Positions 53,401 to 63,150 are shown, counted from the first letter of the stretch. The stretch: DNA of 64,000 bases from Nitrospirota bacterium (GCA_963737155.1 CAVTRN010000001.1:160001-224000); one strand, 5' to 3'. Notes: generated by a model from the letters alone, not told the origin. Program-made: numbers and translations.

Positions 53401-54899
53401 CTACCGCCCGCCCGTCTCGTCTTCAGCCTTCTCCAAATGCTCCAGATATGCGCTCCCCGATTCCTTGCAGGTACGGGAGGCGCGATTCTGGCGGAATCAG
53501 GCCTTTCACTGAAATGCTGAGAGCGTCTCGCGATGGCCAGCGCCGCAGCTTCATGCGACGTAATACCATAGCGGTCCACGTAATTAAATTTCCCTATGGT
53601 CGTGGTGAAAGCAGGGTTGACCGGGAGCACGGAAACGCCATGTTTTGCCGCCCTTCTATCCAGCAGGGTGAGGAAGGTTCCGTAGGCGAAACCGGAAAGC
53701 ATCCTTGCGTAAGTAACGCCCTGCTCTTTTAAGGAAGCTTTCTTCTTGCTAAAATCGAGTTCTTCGTGGGATATAGGTTTTCTCGTCTTGGCTGCCCGGT
53801 CCACGATGGACTTGCAGATATCGCTATACATTGCTTCTGTCTGTTCAGTACGCAAATCCTTAACGCAGGATGGATATGTTATGCTCCTGACATAATTCCC
53901 GTACCGGTCGGTCTCGCTAACCGCGATTTCTTTTTCATTGACGTCCACTCCGATAGACCCGATTTCCTTTGGCTTGTAAGTAACTGTTTTTGCCTTTGGA
54001 ATATCTACCGTCGTGTGCAGGTACCAGCCCTTCTCGCCCCTGGTAAACCTGTGAGAAATCGCTATTCCGGCCTGAAGGGCCGTTTCGATATGTTCCTGAC
54101 CATAGGGATATTTTATGCGGGGAATTACAATGGAATGCCCGTATTTGTCCTTCATACAATCAGGGACCCTTAATCTCATCGTCCCATCGGACTTCAGGGT
54201 GCACGTTTGGTTCCCGCCCGATTCGTCCTTCGAGCCAAGGCAAAAGAAAGTGTTATTGCGAGACCTTTTCCAGTCCAGGAGCCATTCATTGTGGCTCTTG
54301 TACCCGTTTTCCTCCAGGGAAAATTGTTTTCTGAATATCTTGTTTGACCCGAAACAAATCCTTACCCGCCGGTTTTTCTGATCTTCCCTGAGCTTGGAAA
54401 GCTTTTGCTCCAAAGAAGCAAGCTTTCGTTTCTTATTATCAACACGATACTGAAGCTCCTTTGCCTGGATCTTTTTTTCAGTGCTTGGGATACTCACATC
54501 ATCCGTTATTTTGAGTATTCTTGACTCATTGTTTGCTATCCACTTTTTTACTGATATTATTTTCTCTTCAAGATCCAGGATTCTGAGCTTGTTGATTTCC
54601 GTTACCGCCTTGATATTCCCGTCCAGGTCATAGCGGACTGCATTGTACTGCCGTGCAGTGATCTTGTACGTTAACAGGTATTCGTTCTTTAATTCTGTTG
54701 TTTTTTTGCCGGAGCGAATGCAGTCTTTAAACAGGGTCCGCTTTATACGGCCATACAAGATGCCCGTATCGTCGAGGATGGCATAAAGAGAGGTCTTTAT
54801 TTCCGGGTAGGGGTGATCATCCAGAAGCATATTTGCAGTGAATGACAGGGTGTCTTTTCCACCACCATTCTTATTTTTGGTGCTTTTCCTAGTTGACAC
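53208..54899 (-). CDS. tnpB: TnpB-related RNA-guided nuclease (zinc-finger-less clade with His at RuvC-III)
   Basis: FGSNKIFRKQF, LGSKDESGGNQ; RuvC-I IGVDVN; RuvC-II HEELDF; LSGFAY; VNPAFTTTIG; HEAAALAIARR. Confidence 0.85.
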   Translation of the reverse strand: MSTRKSTKNKNGGGKDTLSFTANMLLDDHPYPEIKTSLYAILDDTGILYGRIKRTLFKDCIRSGKKTTELKNEYLLTYKITARQYNAVRYDLDGNIKAVTEINKLRILDLEEKIISVKKWIANNESRILKITDDVSIPSTEKKIQAKELQYRVDNKKRKLASLEQKLSKLREDQKNRRVRICFGSNKIFRKQFSLEENGYKSHNEWLLDWKRSRNNTFFCLGSKDESGGNQTCTLKSDGTMRLRVPDCMKDKYGHSIVIPRIKYPYGQEHIETALQAGIAISHRFTRGEKGWYLHTTVDIPKAKTVTYKPKEIGSIGVDVNEKEIAVSETDRYGNYVRSITYPSCVKDLRTEQTEAMYSDICKSIVDRAAKTRKPISHEELDFSKKKASLKEQGVTYARMLSGFAYGTFLTLLDRRAAKHGVSVLPVNPAFTTTIGKFNYVDRYGITSHEAAALAIARRSQHFSERPDSARIAPPVPARNRGAHIWSIWRRLKTRRAGGSISLTGSRRSLQDSSGCAEPQTKFTSTKTAQSMRPPLATIKSVHRRMGSQFKNHGTWVNQRHAP

Positions 54900-55038
54900 T
54901 TTTTACGGCCTCAAGTTGTTAGTTTACTGATGCTTAGCCTTTATTTATATATTCCATTGAACATAATATATCATAAAAGTTGCTAATATACAATTAAAGC
55001 TTGACCAGTTGAGAACCCTCCCTTTTCCGTACTTGATT

Positions 55039-56094
55039 CTACTTAAAACTCTTCAAAAACCGCTTCATATCGAATTCGCTATCCATCATTTCCTTCACCC
55101 GCTCCACCTTGCGCCTCTCGCGGATGCTCGTCTTCCCAAGCCGCACCTCGATTTTATCGATTGTGGTGAAGGTGTCATCCGCTACGGAGATAATGGGGAT
55201 GCCTTTGGCCTGAGCCTTGCCAATAACCACATCATTGGATGTCAGCCCGCCGGTCAGGATAATGCATCGCGTCGAGGTTTCCAATGCCGCTAACTGGATA
55301 TCGGACCGGTGCGCGCCGGTAATCACCGCTTTGTTCTGCATTCTGCGGAAATGGGCCAGTGCGCTGTCCACATCCATGGCGCCCACGGAGAAGTTTTCCA
55401 CGAACTCATCGAGCCGATCTTCGCAGCAGATCACTTTGCCGTTTAGAATTTCGATCAGCTGCCGGATAGAGACAGACTCAAGCGTCCTGTCCTTCGCAAA
55501 GACACCGAAGATTTTTACACCCTTCTTTTCCAGGAAGGGACGCACGGTTTCCTTGACGTGATTAACGGCACTAACCGAAACTTTATTGATGATGCCGCCC
55601 CCGAAGCGGTCGCCCAGTAGTCGGCCTGCGCCGAAAAGAACGTCCGCTGACGCTTCTCCGCGCCAAGATTCAACCATCAAGAGTCTGGCGTTCATGTCGT
55701 TCACAAGGGAAAGGGCGTTTGCCCCGAGCAGCGCCCCCTCGAAAAGATCGCTTGCCCCGCCGATGATCACGAAATCCTTTTTCTTGAAGGACTTGAGTAC
55801 ATCCATGATAATCTTCCTGACATTTCCGATCCCGTCCTGGAAGAGCAGGGTCTGGCTCTCATAGGTTTGGACAAAGGGAGAGATCACCTCCAGCGGCTCC
55901 TCCAGCCCCAAGGTCTCCTTGATGAACAGGGCATCGGCGTCATAAACCGCCTTGCCCTTCTTTACGGGCACCGAACCGATAGGCTTGAGGTACCCGACCT
56001 TAAAGCCCTGTTCGATGAGCTTCATGGCAAGACCGAGGGAGACGAATGTTCGCCCCGAAAAGCCGGAATTAGATGCTATAAATATGGGAACCAT
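55039..56094 (-). CDS. Phosphotransacetylase-family BioD-like / DRTGG-domain protein
   Basis: SGRTFVSLGL, VGYLKPIG, VGAM, VITGAHRSDIQLAALE and IILTGG motifs. Confidence 0.9.
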   Translation of the reverse strand: MVPIFIASNSGFSGRTFVSLGLAMKLIEQGFKVGYLKPIGSVPVKKGKAVYDADALFIKETLGLEEPLEVISPFVQTYESQTLLFQDGIGNVRKIIMDVLKSFKKKDFVIIGGASDLFEGALLGANALSLVNDMNARLLMVESWRGEASADVLFGAGRLLGDRFGGGIINKVSVSAVNHVKETVRPFLEKKGVKIFGVFAKDRTLESVSIRQLIEILNGKVICCEDRLDEFVENFSVGAMDVDSALAHFRRMQNKAVITGAHRSDIQLAALETSTRCIILTGGLTSNDVVIGKAQAKGIPIISVADDTFTTIDKIEVRLGKTSIRERRKVERVKEMMDSEFDMKRFLKSFK

Positions 56095-56258
56095 GGTACC
56101 TCCTTAATTCATTGGAGCAAAGGGTCAGTGAGCAGGGGCCATGTCAAATACACATCCCATAAGACCATTAAGGGATCCAAATTCCGACAAAGGCAGGATG
56201 TTCATGATTTCATTGTCGCATGGAATCTCGCCTTGGCCCTGCCCCTTCTGTCCTCACT

Positions 56259-58346
56259 CTATCTTTTAAAAATGATTCTCGCATCAAGCGCCATGGCGCC
56301 TTTCTCCATGACCATGAGCGGATTGATATCCAGCTCCTCAATCTCGGGGAAGTCGGCAATGAAACACGAAAGGTTGACAATATTGCTCGCGATCGCGTCG
56401 ATGTCCGCGGGCCGTTCGCCGCGCGCTCCGCGAAGCAGGCCAGAGGTCCGGATCTCGTTCACCATCGCCACGGCGTCTCTCCGGGCAACTGGGATAATTC
56501 TGAAAGACACGTCTTTCAGGACCTCCACATAAATGCCGCCGAGGCCAAACATGACCATATGGCCAAAGGTCCTGTCATATGTCACTCCCAGGATAACCTC
56601 CTTGCCGCCCTTCACCATCTCGTAGATCATAACGCCCTTGAGGAATGCGTCACGCATGGTGCGCCGGGCGTTCGTTGTGATTTCCGTGAACGCCTCCTCC
56701 GCCTCCTTCGGCGTCTTGATGTTTACACGCACGCCGCCCACATCGGTTTTGTGCAGGATGTCGGGTGAGGATATCTTCATCACTACGGGAAAACCGATCC
56801 TAGAGGCCTGATAGACCGCCTCGCGTGAGGTCCGGGCAAGGGCGCGCTTCGGAAACTGGAAGCCGTAATACGTGAGGATCCCCATGGCTTCTTCCTCACC
56901 CACCTGGTACGAACCGCGCTTGAGGATAGAGGCAATCATCTCCGCTGCGGCATCGAAATTGTACCAGCAAGTCACCAACTCCTCGGGTTTATCGTTTTTC
57001 CATGACCGCTGGTCTGACAGACGTTTAAAAGCCTTAACTGCCAGCTCCGGATATGCAAAATTCGGGATTGACGCTTTTTTCAGTTTGTCGATGGCCGGAC
57101 GGACGCGCTTCTCGCCCATGAACGAGGTTATGACCGGTTTGGCCGTAGACTGTGCCGTGGCAATGACCACATCAGCCGTCTTCTCCATGTCGGTCATGGC
57201 CTGGGGGGTCAGAATCACAAGTATGCCATCTATATTCGGATCTTTTGCAGCCTGCTCCAGCACCGCCGCATATCGTTCCGACGTGGCATCACCTATCACA
57301 TCCACAGGATTGAAAATCGTAGCGTTCGGTGGGAGCTTCCGGGCCATAGCGTCTATGCTCTCTCTGGTCATCTGCGGAAGATCGATACCGAGACGTTCCG
57401 CAGCGTCCGCAGCTATAATACCCGGGCCGCCTGCATTCGTAATCACCAGCAGGCCTTTGCCTGCCGGGATTTTCCCCTCGGCAAAGGCCAAGGCGGTGTC
57501 GAAGAGATCCTGGACACCCTGGGCGCGCATGATGCCTGTTTGTTTGAAGGCTGCGTCAAACGCAGTGTCCGAACCGGCCAGCGCGCCGGTATGCGACGAT
57601 GCAGCGCGCGCGCCCGCTTCGGTGCCGCCGGACTTGAGCAGCACGATAGGCTTGACCTTCGTAGCCTTTTGCGCAATGTCCATGAAACGCCGGCCGTCCA
57701 CAACGTCCTCGATGTATCCCAAGATGAGACTGGTATCGGGGTCGCCCATGAAGTATTCGATGAAGTCGACTTCCGAGAGGTCGGCCTTGTTTCCGAGACT
57801 GACAAATTTTGAGAAGCCGATATCATTTCCAATTGCCCAGTCCATGATGGCAATGCCCATGGCGCCAGACTGGGAGAAGAATCCGATCTTGCCCCGGGGC
57901 AGCATATCGGCAGCGAAGGTCGCATTCATGTCGTTTGCCGTATTGATAAGACCGAGACAGTTGGGCCCCAGGATTCGCATGCCCTGCTCTCTGGCGATTT
58001 TCTTAAGCTCTTCTTCGAGAAGTGTCCCTTCCTTGCCAGCCTCCTTAAAACCAGCGCTAATAATGATGGCCGCCTTGATGCCGGCTGCGCAGCACTCTCG
58101 AAGCGAAGCGGAAACGAACTTGGCCGGAATCACGATGATGGCAAGATCGACATCCCTGCCTATGTCTGAAATTTTAGGATAAGCTTTGAGCCCGAGGATC
58201 TCGCCGCCTGAAGGATTGATAGGGTAAAGGTCGCCTTTGAATTTGAACCGGCAAAGGTTGTTAAGGACGGCGTAGCCTGCTTTCCGCGCATCGGTGGATG
58301 CGCCGATGACCGCAATGGCCCCCGGGTTGAAGAGAGAATCGAGCAT
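56259..58346 (-). CDS. Acetate--CoA ligase (ADP-forming), fused alpha/beta
   Basis: IAVIGAS, ILGPNCLG, SQSGA, ASSHTGALAG (catalytic His), TNAGGPG, HKTDVGGV and ELDINPL motifs. Confidence 0.92.
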   Translation of the reverse strand: MLDSLFNPGAIAVIGASTDARKAGYAVLNNLCRFKFKGDLYPINPSGGEILGLKAYPKISDIGRDVDLAIIVIPAKFVSASLRECCAAGIKAAIIISAGFKEAGKEGTLLEEELKKIAREQGMRILGPNCLGLINTANDMNATFAADMLPRGKIGFFSQSGAMGIAIMDWAIGNDIGFSKFVSLGNKADLSEVDFIEYFMGDPDTSLILGYIEDVVDGRRFMDIAQKATKVKPIVLLKSGGTEAGARAASSHTGALAGSDTAFDAAFKQTGIMRAQGVQDLFDTALAFAEGKIPAGKGLLVITNAGGPGIIAADAAERLGIDLPQMTRESIDAMARKLPPNATIFNPVDVIGDATSERYAAVLEQAAKDPNIDGILVILTPQAMTDMEKTADVVIATAQSTAKPVITSFMGEKRVRPAIDKLKKASIPNFAYPELAVKAFKRLSDQRSWKNDKPEELVTCWYNFDAAAEMIASILKRGSYQVGEEEAMGILTYYGFQFPKRALARTSREAVYQASRIGFPVVMKISSPDILHKTDVGGVRVNIKTPKEAEEAFTEITTNARRTMRDAFLKGVMIYEMVKGGKEVILGVTYDRTFGHMVMFGLGGIYVEVLKDVSFRIIPVARRDAVAMVNEIRTSGLLRGARGERPADIDAIASNIVNLSCFIADFPEIEELDINPLMVMEKGAMALDARIIFKR

Positions 58347-58651
58347 GTTATTGATAGTTTAGATGAGAAACATGGAGCGGTCAAGTACAGACAAGTCATT
58401 TCTCTGAATAAGTACACTATTTATATATATAGTTACGCAGAAAATATCTTTTTTTGCCGACGAATTGAAGCACAACTGCAGCGAAGGAGGCTGTATATGC
58501 CACAAAAAAGCCCACTTCATATCACTCTCCCGAAGTAGCAATCTTACGCCGCAGGCAATTGAGCGCTTCTTGCTGCCACCCCCTTGAAAATAAAAAACTC
58601 CTTCCTTTCTGCTATACTCCGTTGTAAAATAGTACGAAATATAAACGTGCG

Positions 58652-60544
58652 GTGATGCAGGAACTACAAAATAAAATAGAAAGAATCAAAGCGCTTTATC
58701 CGGAAAAATTCCCGACCGAGGAACGGATTTTCAGCGCCATCCACCCGGGAAACCGCATCTTTATCGGTACCGGATGCGGCGAGCCGCAATGCCTGGTGAA
58801 GGCGCTTATCAATTACGTCCGCTCCCATCCGAAAGCCTTCTTCGACGCTGAACTGCTCCAGGTATGGACCCTCGGCGTAGCGCCCTATGCCGACGAGAAA
58901 TTCAAGGACAATTTCCGACACAACTCCTTCTTTATCGGCAATAATACGCGCGAAGCGGTAAACCAGGGACTTGCAGACTATACGCCCGTCTTTCTGTCCC
59001 AGGTGCCCGGCTTGTTCCAGAAAAAGCTCGTCCCCGTGGACGTGGCCCTGATCCAAACCTCCCCGCCCGACGCGCACGGCTTCATGAGCCTCGGCATCAG
59101 CGTGGACATCGTAAAAGCCGCGAGCGAAAACGCCTCCCTCGTCATCGCCCAGATCAACTCGTACATGCCGCGCGTCCTGGGAGACACCTTCATAAACATC
59201 AAGGACGTGGACTTCGCCATTCACTGTGACGAGCCGCTGCTCGAATTTGTGGATATCGTAGCAGACGACATTGCGCAGAAAATCGGTACCTTTGTTGCGC
59301 GAATCGTCCAAGATGGCGACACCATCCAGGTCGGCTACGGAAGCATCCCGAACGCGATTCTGGCCCATCTCAAGAACAAGGAGCATCTCGGCGTGCACAC
59401 CGAGCTGCTGACCGACGGCATCGTGGATCTCATGAAAGCGCGCGCTATCGACAATTCCCGCAAGGAATTAAACCGCGGCAAGACCGTGGCCGCTTTCTGC
59501 ATGGGCCAGCATGAAACCTACGATTATCTTCACGACAACCCTGCCATTGAGTTCCGGCCCGTGAACTACACCAATAATCCGACAGTGCTTGCGCGGCAGA
59601 AGAATATGACAGCCATCAATAGCGCACTCGAGATCGATCTCTCGGGCCAAGCCACGGCGGAGTCCTTGGGCAAAAGGTTCTACAGCGGTATTGGCGGCCA
59701 GGCCGACTTCATGCGCGGTGCAATCCTGTCTCAAGGCGGCAAGACCATTCTGGCGCTCCAATCCACCGCCGAGAACGACGAAGTCTCGCGAATCGTCCCA
59801 TTCCTACAGGAGGGCGCTGGCGTTACGCTCTCGCGCGGCGACGTCCACTATGTGGTCACGGAATACGGTATTGCGTATCTCCACGGCAAGAACATCCGCG
59901 AGCGAGCCATGGATCTTATCGCCATCGCGCACCCAAAGTTCCGCGAGCAGCTCATCGAGCAGGCGAAGGAGCGCAACTTGATCTACCGGGACCAGGCCTT
60001 TATTCCCGGCACTCACGGCGTCTATCCCGCAGAGTTGGAAACGTACAAAACCACGCGAACCGGCCTCAACCTGCTGCTTCGCCCGGTAAAACTCTCTGAT
60101 GAGCCTCTCCTCAAGGATTTCTTCTACTCCCTTTCGAACGACTCAATGTATCGCCGTTTCATTTCCACGCGGGTCGATATGCATCATGACCGCCTCCAGC
60201 CTTTCGTGGTGATTGATTATACCAAAGAGATGGTGATCCTCGCTGTGCTCGAGCAGGAGGAGAAGGAACTGATCGTGGGCATGGCCCAGTACCTGATCGA
60301 TGAGCATGCACACACCGCTGAAGTTGCTTTCGTCGTGCGCGATGACTACCAGGGAAAAGGGATCGGTGCGGTGCTGCTCTCCTACGTAACCTACCTCGCA
60401 AAAAAGAGTGGTCTCCTCGGCTTCACTGCGGCCGTGTTGACGGAGAACCGACAGATGCTCCAGTTATTCGAGAAAATGGGATTCAACATCGAGAAAAGGA
60501 ATGACGGCGGTGTCTACGAATTGAAAATGTCGTTCAGGGAGTGA
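58652..60544 (+). CDS. Acetyl-CoA hydrolase/transferase fused to a C-terminal GNAT domain
   Basis: GVHTELLTDG, SGIGGQADFMRGA and YVVTEYG, then AEVAFVVRDDYQGKGIG. Confidence 0.92.
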   Translation: MMQELQNKIERIKALYPEKFPTEERIFSAIHPGNRIFIGTGCGEPQCLVKALINYVRSHPKAFFDAELLQVWTLGVAPYADEKFKDNFRHNSFFIGNNTREAVNQGLADYTPVFLSQVPGLFQKKLVPVDVALIQTSPPDAHGFMSLGISVDIVKAASENASLVIAQINSYMPRVLGDTFINIKDVDFAIHCDEPLLEFVDIVADDIAQKIGTFVARIVQDGDTIQVGYGSIPNAILAHLKNKEHLGVHTELLTDGIVDLMKARAIDNSRKELNRGKTVAAFCMGQHETYDYLHDNPAIEFRPVNYTNNPTVLARQKNMTAINSALEIDLSGQATAESLGKRFYSGIGGQADFMRGAILSQGGKTILALQSTAENDEVSRIVPFLQEGAGVTLSRGDVHYVVTEYGIAYLHGKNIRERAMDLIAIAHPKFREQLIEQAKERNLIYRDQAFIPGTHGVYPAELETYKTTRTGLNLLLRPVKLSDEPLLKDFFYSLSNDSMYRRFISTRVDMHHDRLQPFVVIDYTKEMVILAVLEQEEKELIVGMAQYLIDEHAHTAEVAFVVRDDYQGKGIGAVLLSYVTYLAKKSGLLGFTAAVLTENRQMLQLFEKMGFNIEKRNDGGVYELKMSFRE

Positions 60545-60620
60545 TGCAGTTTGGATGACATTATTTATTGCAACCTCAAGGACTCTCGTTTTTAGATCAC
60601 CCAAGAAAGGGGCTCTCTCC

Positions 60621-61091
60621 ATGAATCTAATCTGGTATTCCCTGTATATTCTTCTCCTCAGCCTCTGGGTCGGGGGCATTGCCATATTCACGTTTATAGT
60701 TACTCCGGCGATCTTCAGGCTCTTTAGACGGGACGAGGCGGGGGCAATCGTGGGCAAGCTCATTCCCCGCTATTTCGCCTATGTTTTTGTGCTCGCCGTG
60801 CTGGCGTTCATCGTTTTTTTCGCCGTGACAGGAGGCGCATCCGATTCCACATCGCGCATCTCATTCTTTCTCCTGATTGCAGCCATGATGGTCAATACCT
60901 ACGTCTCGTTCAAACTCCATCCTGATGCGGTCAAGGTAAAGCAGGAAGTCACCTCCTTTGAGCGGGAATCTCCTGATTCTCCGGCCCGAAAGCGGTTCAG
61001 CCGGCTGCATGCTGTCAGCGCAGTGCTTAATCTCGCAGTCCTGGCCGATGGCATAACCTTGCTCCTGCTGGGGCTCGCGCTGAAGAAATAG
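60621..61091 (+). CDS. DUF4149-domain membrane protein
   Basis: LWVGGIAIFTFIVTPAIF..AGAIVGKLIPRY..RFSRLHAVS. Confidence 0.85.
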   Translation: MNLIWYSLYILLLSLWVGGIAIFTFIVTPAIFRLFRRDEAGAIVGKLIPRYFAYVFVLAVLAFIVFFAVTGGASDSTSRISFFLLIAAMMVNTYVSFKLHPDAVKVKQEVTSFERESPDSPARKRFSRLHAVSAVLNLAVLADGITLLLLGLALKK

Positions 61092-61249
61092 GGCCAAGGA
61101 CATACCTGATTCTATGGAGCGTTCAACTCCATGGCCGGTTGCTTAAATTTATATCATACCGGCTGAAGCGCAAAACGAGATAGATTTCACTTGACATTTT
61201 TGGCTGAATATATAATATTACGGGTCTCAACTTTTTTGGTAGAAGAACC

Positions 61250-61325
61250 GGGCGGATAGCTCAGCTGGGAGAGCACAGCCCTTACAAGGCTGGGGTCACA
61301 GGTTCGATCCCTGTTCCGCCTACCA
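61250..61325 (+). tRNA. tRNA-Val(TAC)
   Basis: Cloverleaf with acceptor GGGCGGA/TCCGCCT, anticodon loop CTTACAA, GGTTCGA T-loop and encoded CCA. Confidence 0.97.
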
Positions 61326-61416
61326 TCAAAACAGTTTGGAATTTCGAGTGCACGGTTTTGAGCCAGGATTTTCCACCTCAACAGCAAACTCGCAATCCAA
61401 AACTTGTAACTTGATT

Positions 61417-61493
61417 GGGGTGGTAGTTCAGCTGGTTAGAACGCCGGCCTGTCACGCCGGAGGTCGCGGGTTCGAGCCCCGTCCGCCCCGCCA
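61417..61493 (+). tRNA. tRNA-Asp(GTC)
   Basis: Acceptor GGGGTGG/CCGCCCC, anticodon loop CTGTCAC, GGTTCGA T-loop and encoded CCA. Confidence 0.97.
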
Positions 61494-61520
61494 TTTAAAC
61501 CGCCTCATTTCTATCTGCAG

Positions 61521-61594
61521 TGTGTGACGTGGTACATAGTTTGACGTAATCGACATACTATGGTACTTTTACACAGTGCGACAAACTATGGTCC
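61521..61594. repeat. Three related ~16-bp sites just 3' of tRNA-Asp (transposase- or integrase-binding-like)
   Basis: GTACATAGTTTGACG (inverted copy), CGACATACTATGGTAC and CGACAAACTATGGTCC; preceded by TGT at 61521. Confidence 0.55.
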
Positions 61595-61600
61595 TGTCCG

Positions 61601-61845
61601 TGTCCGCACACAATTAAGTTTTTGCTCAAACAATTAAGTCCTTACTATTAAAATCCTCCAGACAATTAAGTTGTTATTTTTTCTCCGTTCTATAATTCGG
61701 AAGTCAGGCATGACACAATGGTATAACGTATAGTGCGTGGTCATGACCTATCAGTGAATTCTCATTTCAGTTCAAACATCACTGCAAAGGCACAGATGTT
61801 CATAGTATCGGGAGACAATAAAGTTTGCCCTGGACAATAAAGTTT
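61601..61845 (+). mobile_element. Tn7-like transposon end
   Basis: TGTCCGCACACAATTAAGT parallels the Tn7 end TGTGGGCGGACAATAAAGT; five direct ACAAT(T/A)AAGT sites at 61610, 61630, 61662, 61815 and 61834. Confidence 0.8.
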
Positions 61846-62207
61846 TTTCCAACCGGTTGGCTAGTGGGTTATAAATTCAGATTCAAATATGCAATTATTT
61901 CGATTCCTAATAACTCGCGAGATTTTTCCTTTACTTGTTGATGCCGTCATATTTATAACATTGCAATTATCAATCCGTATTCTGTAACCTTTCTATGAAA
62001 AAAATCTCTGGTCCAATTCTCGACTCATTTATACTACCCACTTACTAACACAATCTCAACTTGATAGCATAGGAATTTGCATTTTCCCCTCCATTTTGCC
62101 CTCCCGAACGTCAAAAAATCGACATCCTCTGCAAAAAATCTAAGAATTATTTTTATGCAATCAATATCATTACGCTATAACTAGTTGTTAATTATTAAAA
62201 ATTGTCT

Positions 62208-62223
62208 TGGCATTGGTATTGCA
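62208..62223 (+). promoter_or_regulatory. Sigma54 -24/-12 promoter
   Basis: TGGCATTGGTATTGCA has GG-N10-GC spacing and is followed by AGGAG. Confidence 0.55.
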
Positions 62224-62261
62224 ACTAAAGTTTTAATAACCTAGGAGAAACCAAGACCATC

Positions 62262-62480
62262 GTGGAGTCGATTACGAAGGTGAAGGATCAGATCATTCAG
62301 ATTGCGACGGCAGTAGAAGAGCAATCGGCAACGGCTGAGGAAATATCGAAAAATATTGAATCCACCTCAAGCATTTCAAGGAACATGAAAAAATGGCAGG
62401 CAACGTTATCGGTGAAGTGCAGCATCTTTCGGATATCGCCGCGGAACTGGGCAGAGCTTCCGCCGATATTAAATCTGTGA
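62262..62480 (+). pseudogene. MCP C-terminal remnant
   Basis: QIIQIATAVEEQSATAEEISKNIE, then an apparent frameshift; sensor and signalling tip absent. Confidence 0.75.
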
Positions 62481-63150
62481 GTTGCTAACGCAGTTACGAT
62501 GGCCGGAATGACCGTCGCACCACTTCTACCCTAAGTGATGGCCATAGTTCTGAGTGCACTGGTCACAAATATCATGGCCTGCGCACTTGCCTGCTCGCTC
62601 GGAAGGCTTTCCAATGAGAATGAACATAGACCCTTCCTTCGGGCGGATCCACAACAAGCGAAGCCTGTTGCGATTCTGCTCATATCAAACGTTCATGTCA
62701 AGTTTTAGCTTGTATTCTTTGCCCTCATCATAAATTTGACGATGCAATCTTATATATGAAGGCCGGATGGCCAGAATTGTTAGGAAGGTAAATAATTCTG
62801 TTTGAATTATGGATGTTTTGATATGGCTTTTCTGGCAACAAGAACTTCCTGGAGTCTGCAGAAGCTGCATAGTTTGGATATTGTAGAATACATCTCGAAT
62901 TTGTGATATCAAACCCAAATATACTCGACCTACCAATATTTTTTTGCAATAATGTGCCGCTAAAATCCTGCGAAACAGGGAAGGGATGGTGGGTTTTAAA
63001 TGCTATCCCCTTTTTGTAGACGTGATTTCCCAGAATGAACATTCTGGGACCTGAAAAAAGGAGGATAAAAATATGTAATTTATGCGGTTTTTTTGTAGAT
63101 GCTTGTGTGCCGTGGTTTTTTCAAAATCTTAAAAAATGGAGGCAACATTA

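Larger units (their letters stand above)
53135..55017 (-). mobile_element. Non-autonomous IS607-type element (tnpB only, tnpA deleted)
   Basis: Right end ..GTTTCAGGAACGG, left end GGTTCTCAAC.., GG at both boundaries; tnpA-like scar MEYINKG*ASVN*QLEAVKSVN* ahead of tnpB. Confidence 0.65.

Noticed and set aside
53208-54899. Calling the RuvC protein a Cas12 effector or a nuclease-dead TldR
   Set aside because: No adjacent repeat-spacer array; IS607-like ends are present; RuvC-I D and RuvC-II E are retained, and the His at RuvC-III appears typical of this clade
56872-58182. 436-aa plus-strand ORF and similar long antisense ORFs (e.g. 51184-51825, 58664-59398, 26762-27367)
   Set aside because: They lie opposite well-supported genes and have no recognisable motifs
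61521-61845. Repeats after tRNA-Asp as a CRISPR or mini-array
   Set aside because: Units are only 10-16 bp with irregular spacing and no cas genes are nearby; they fit transposase-binding sites better
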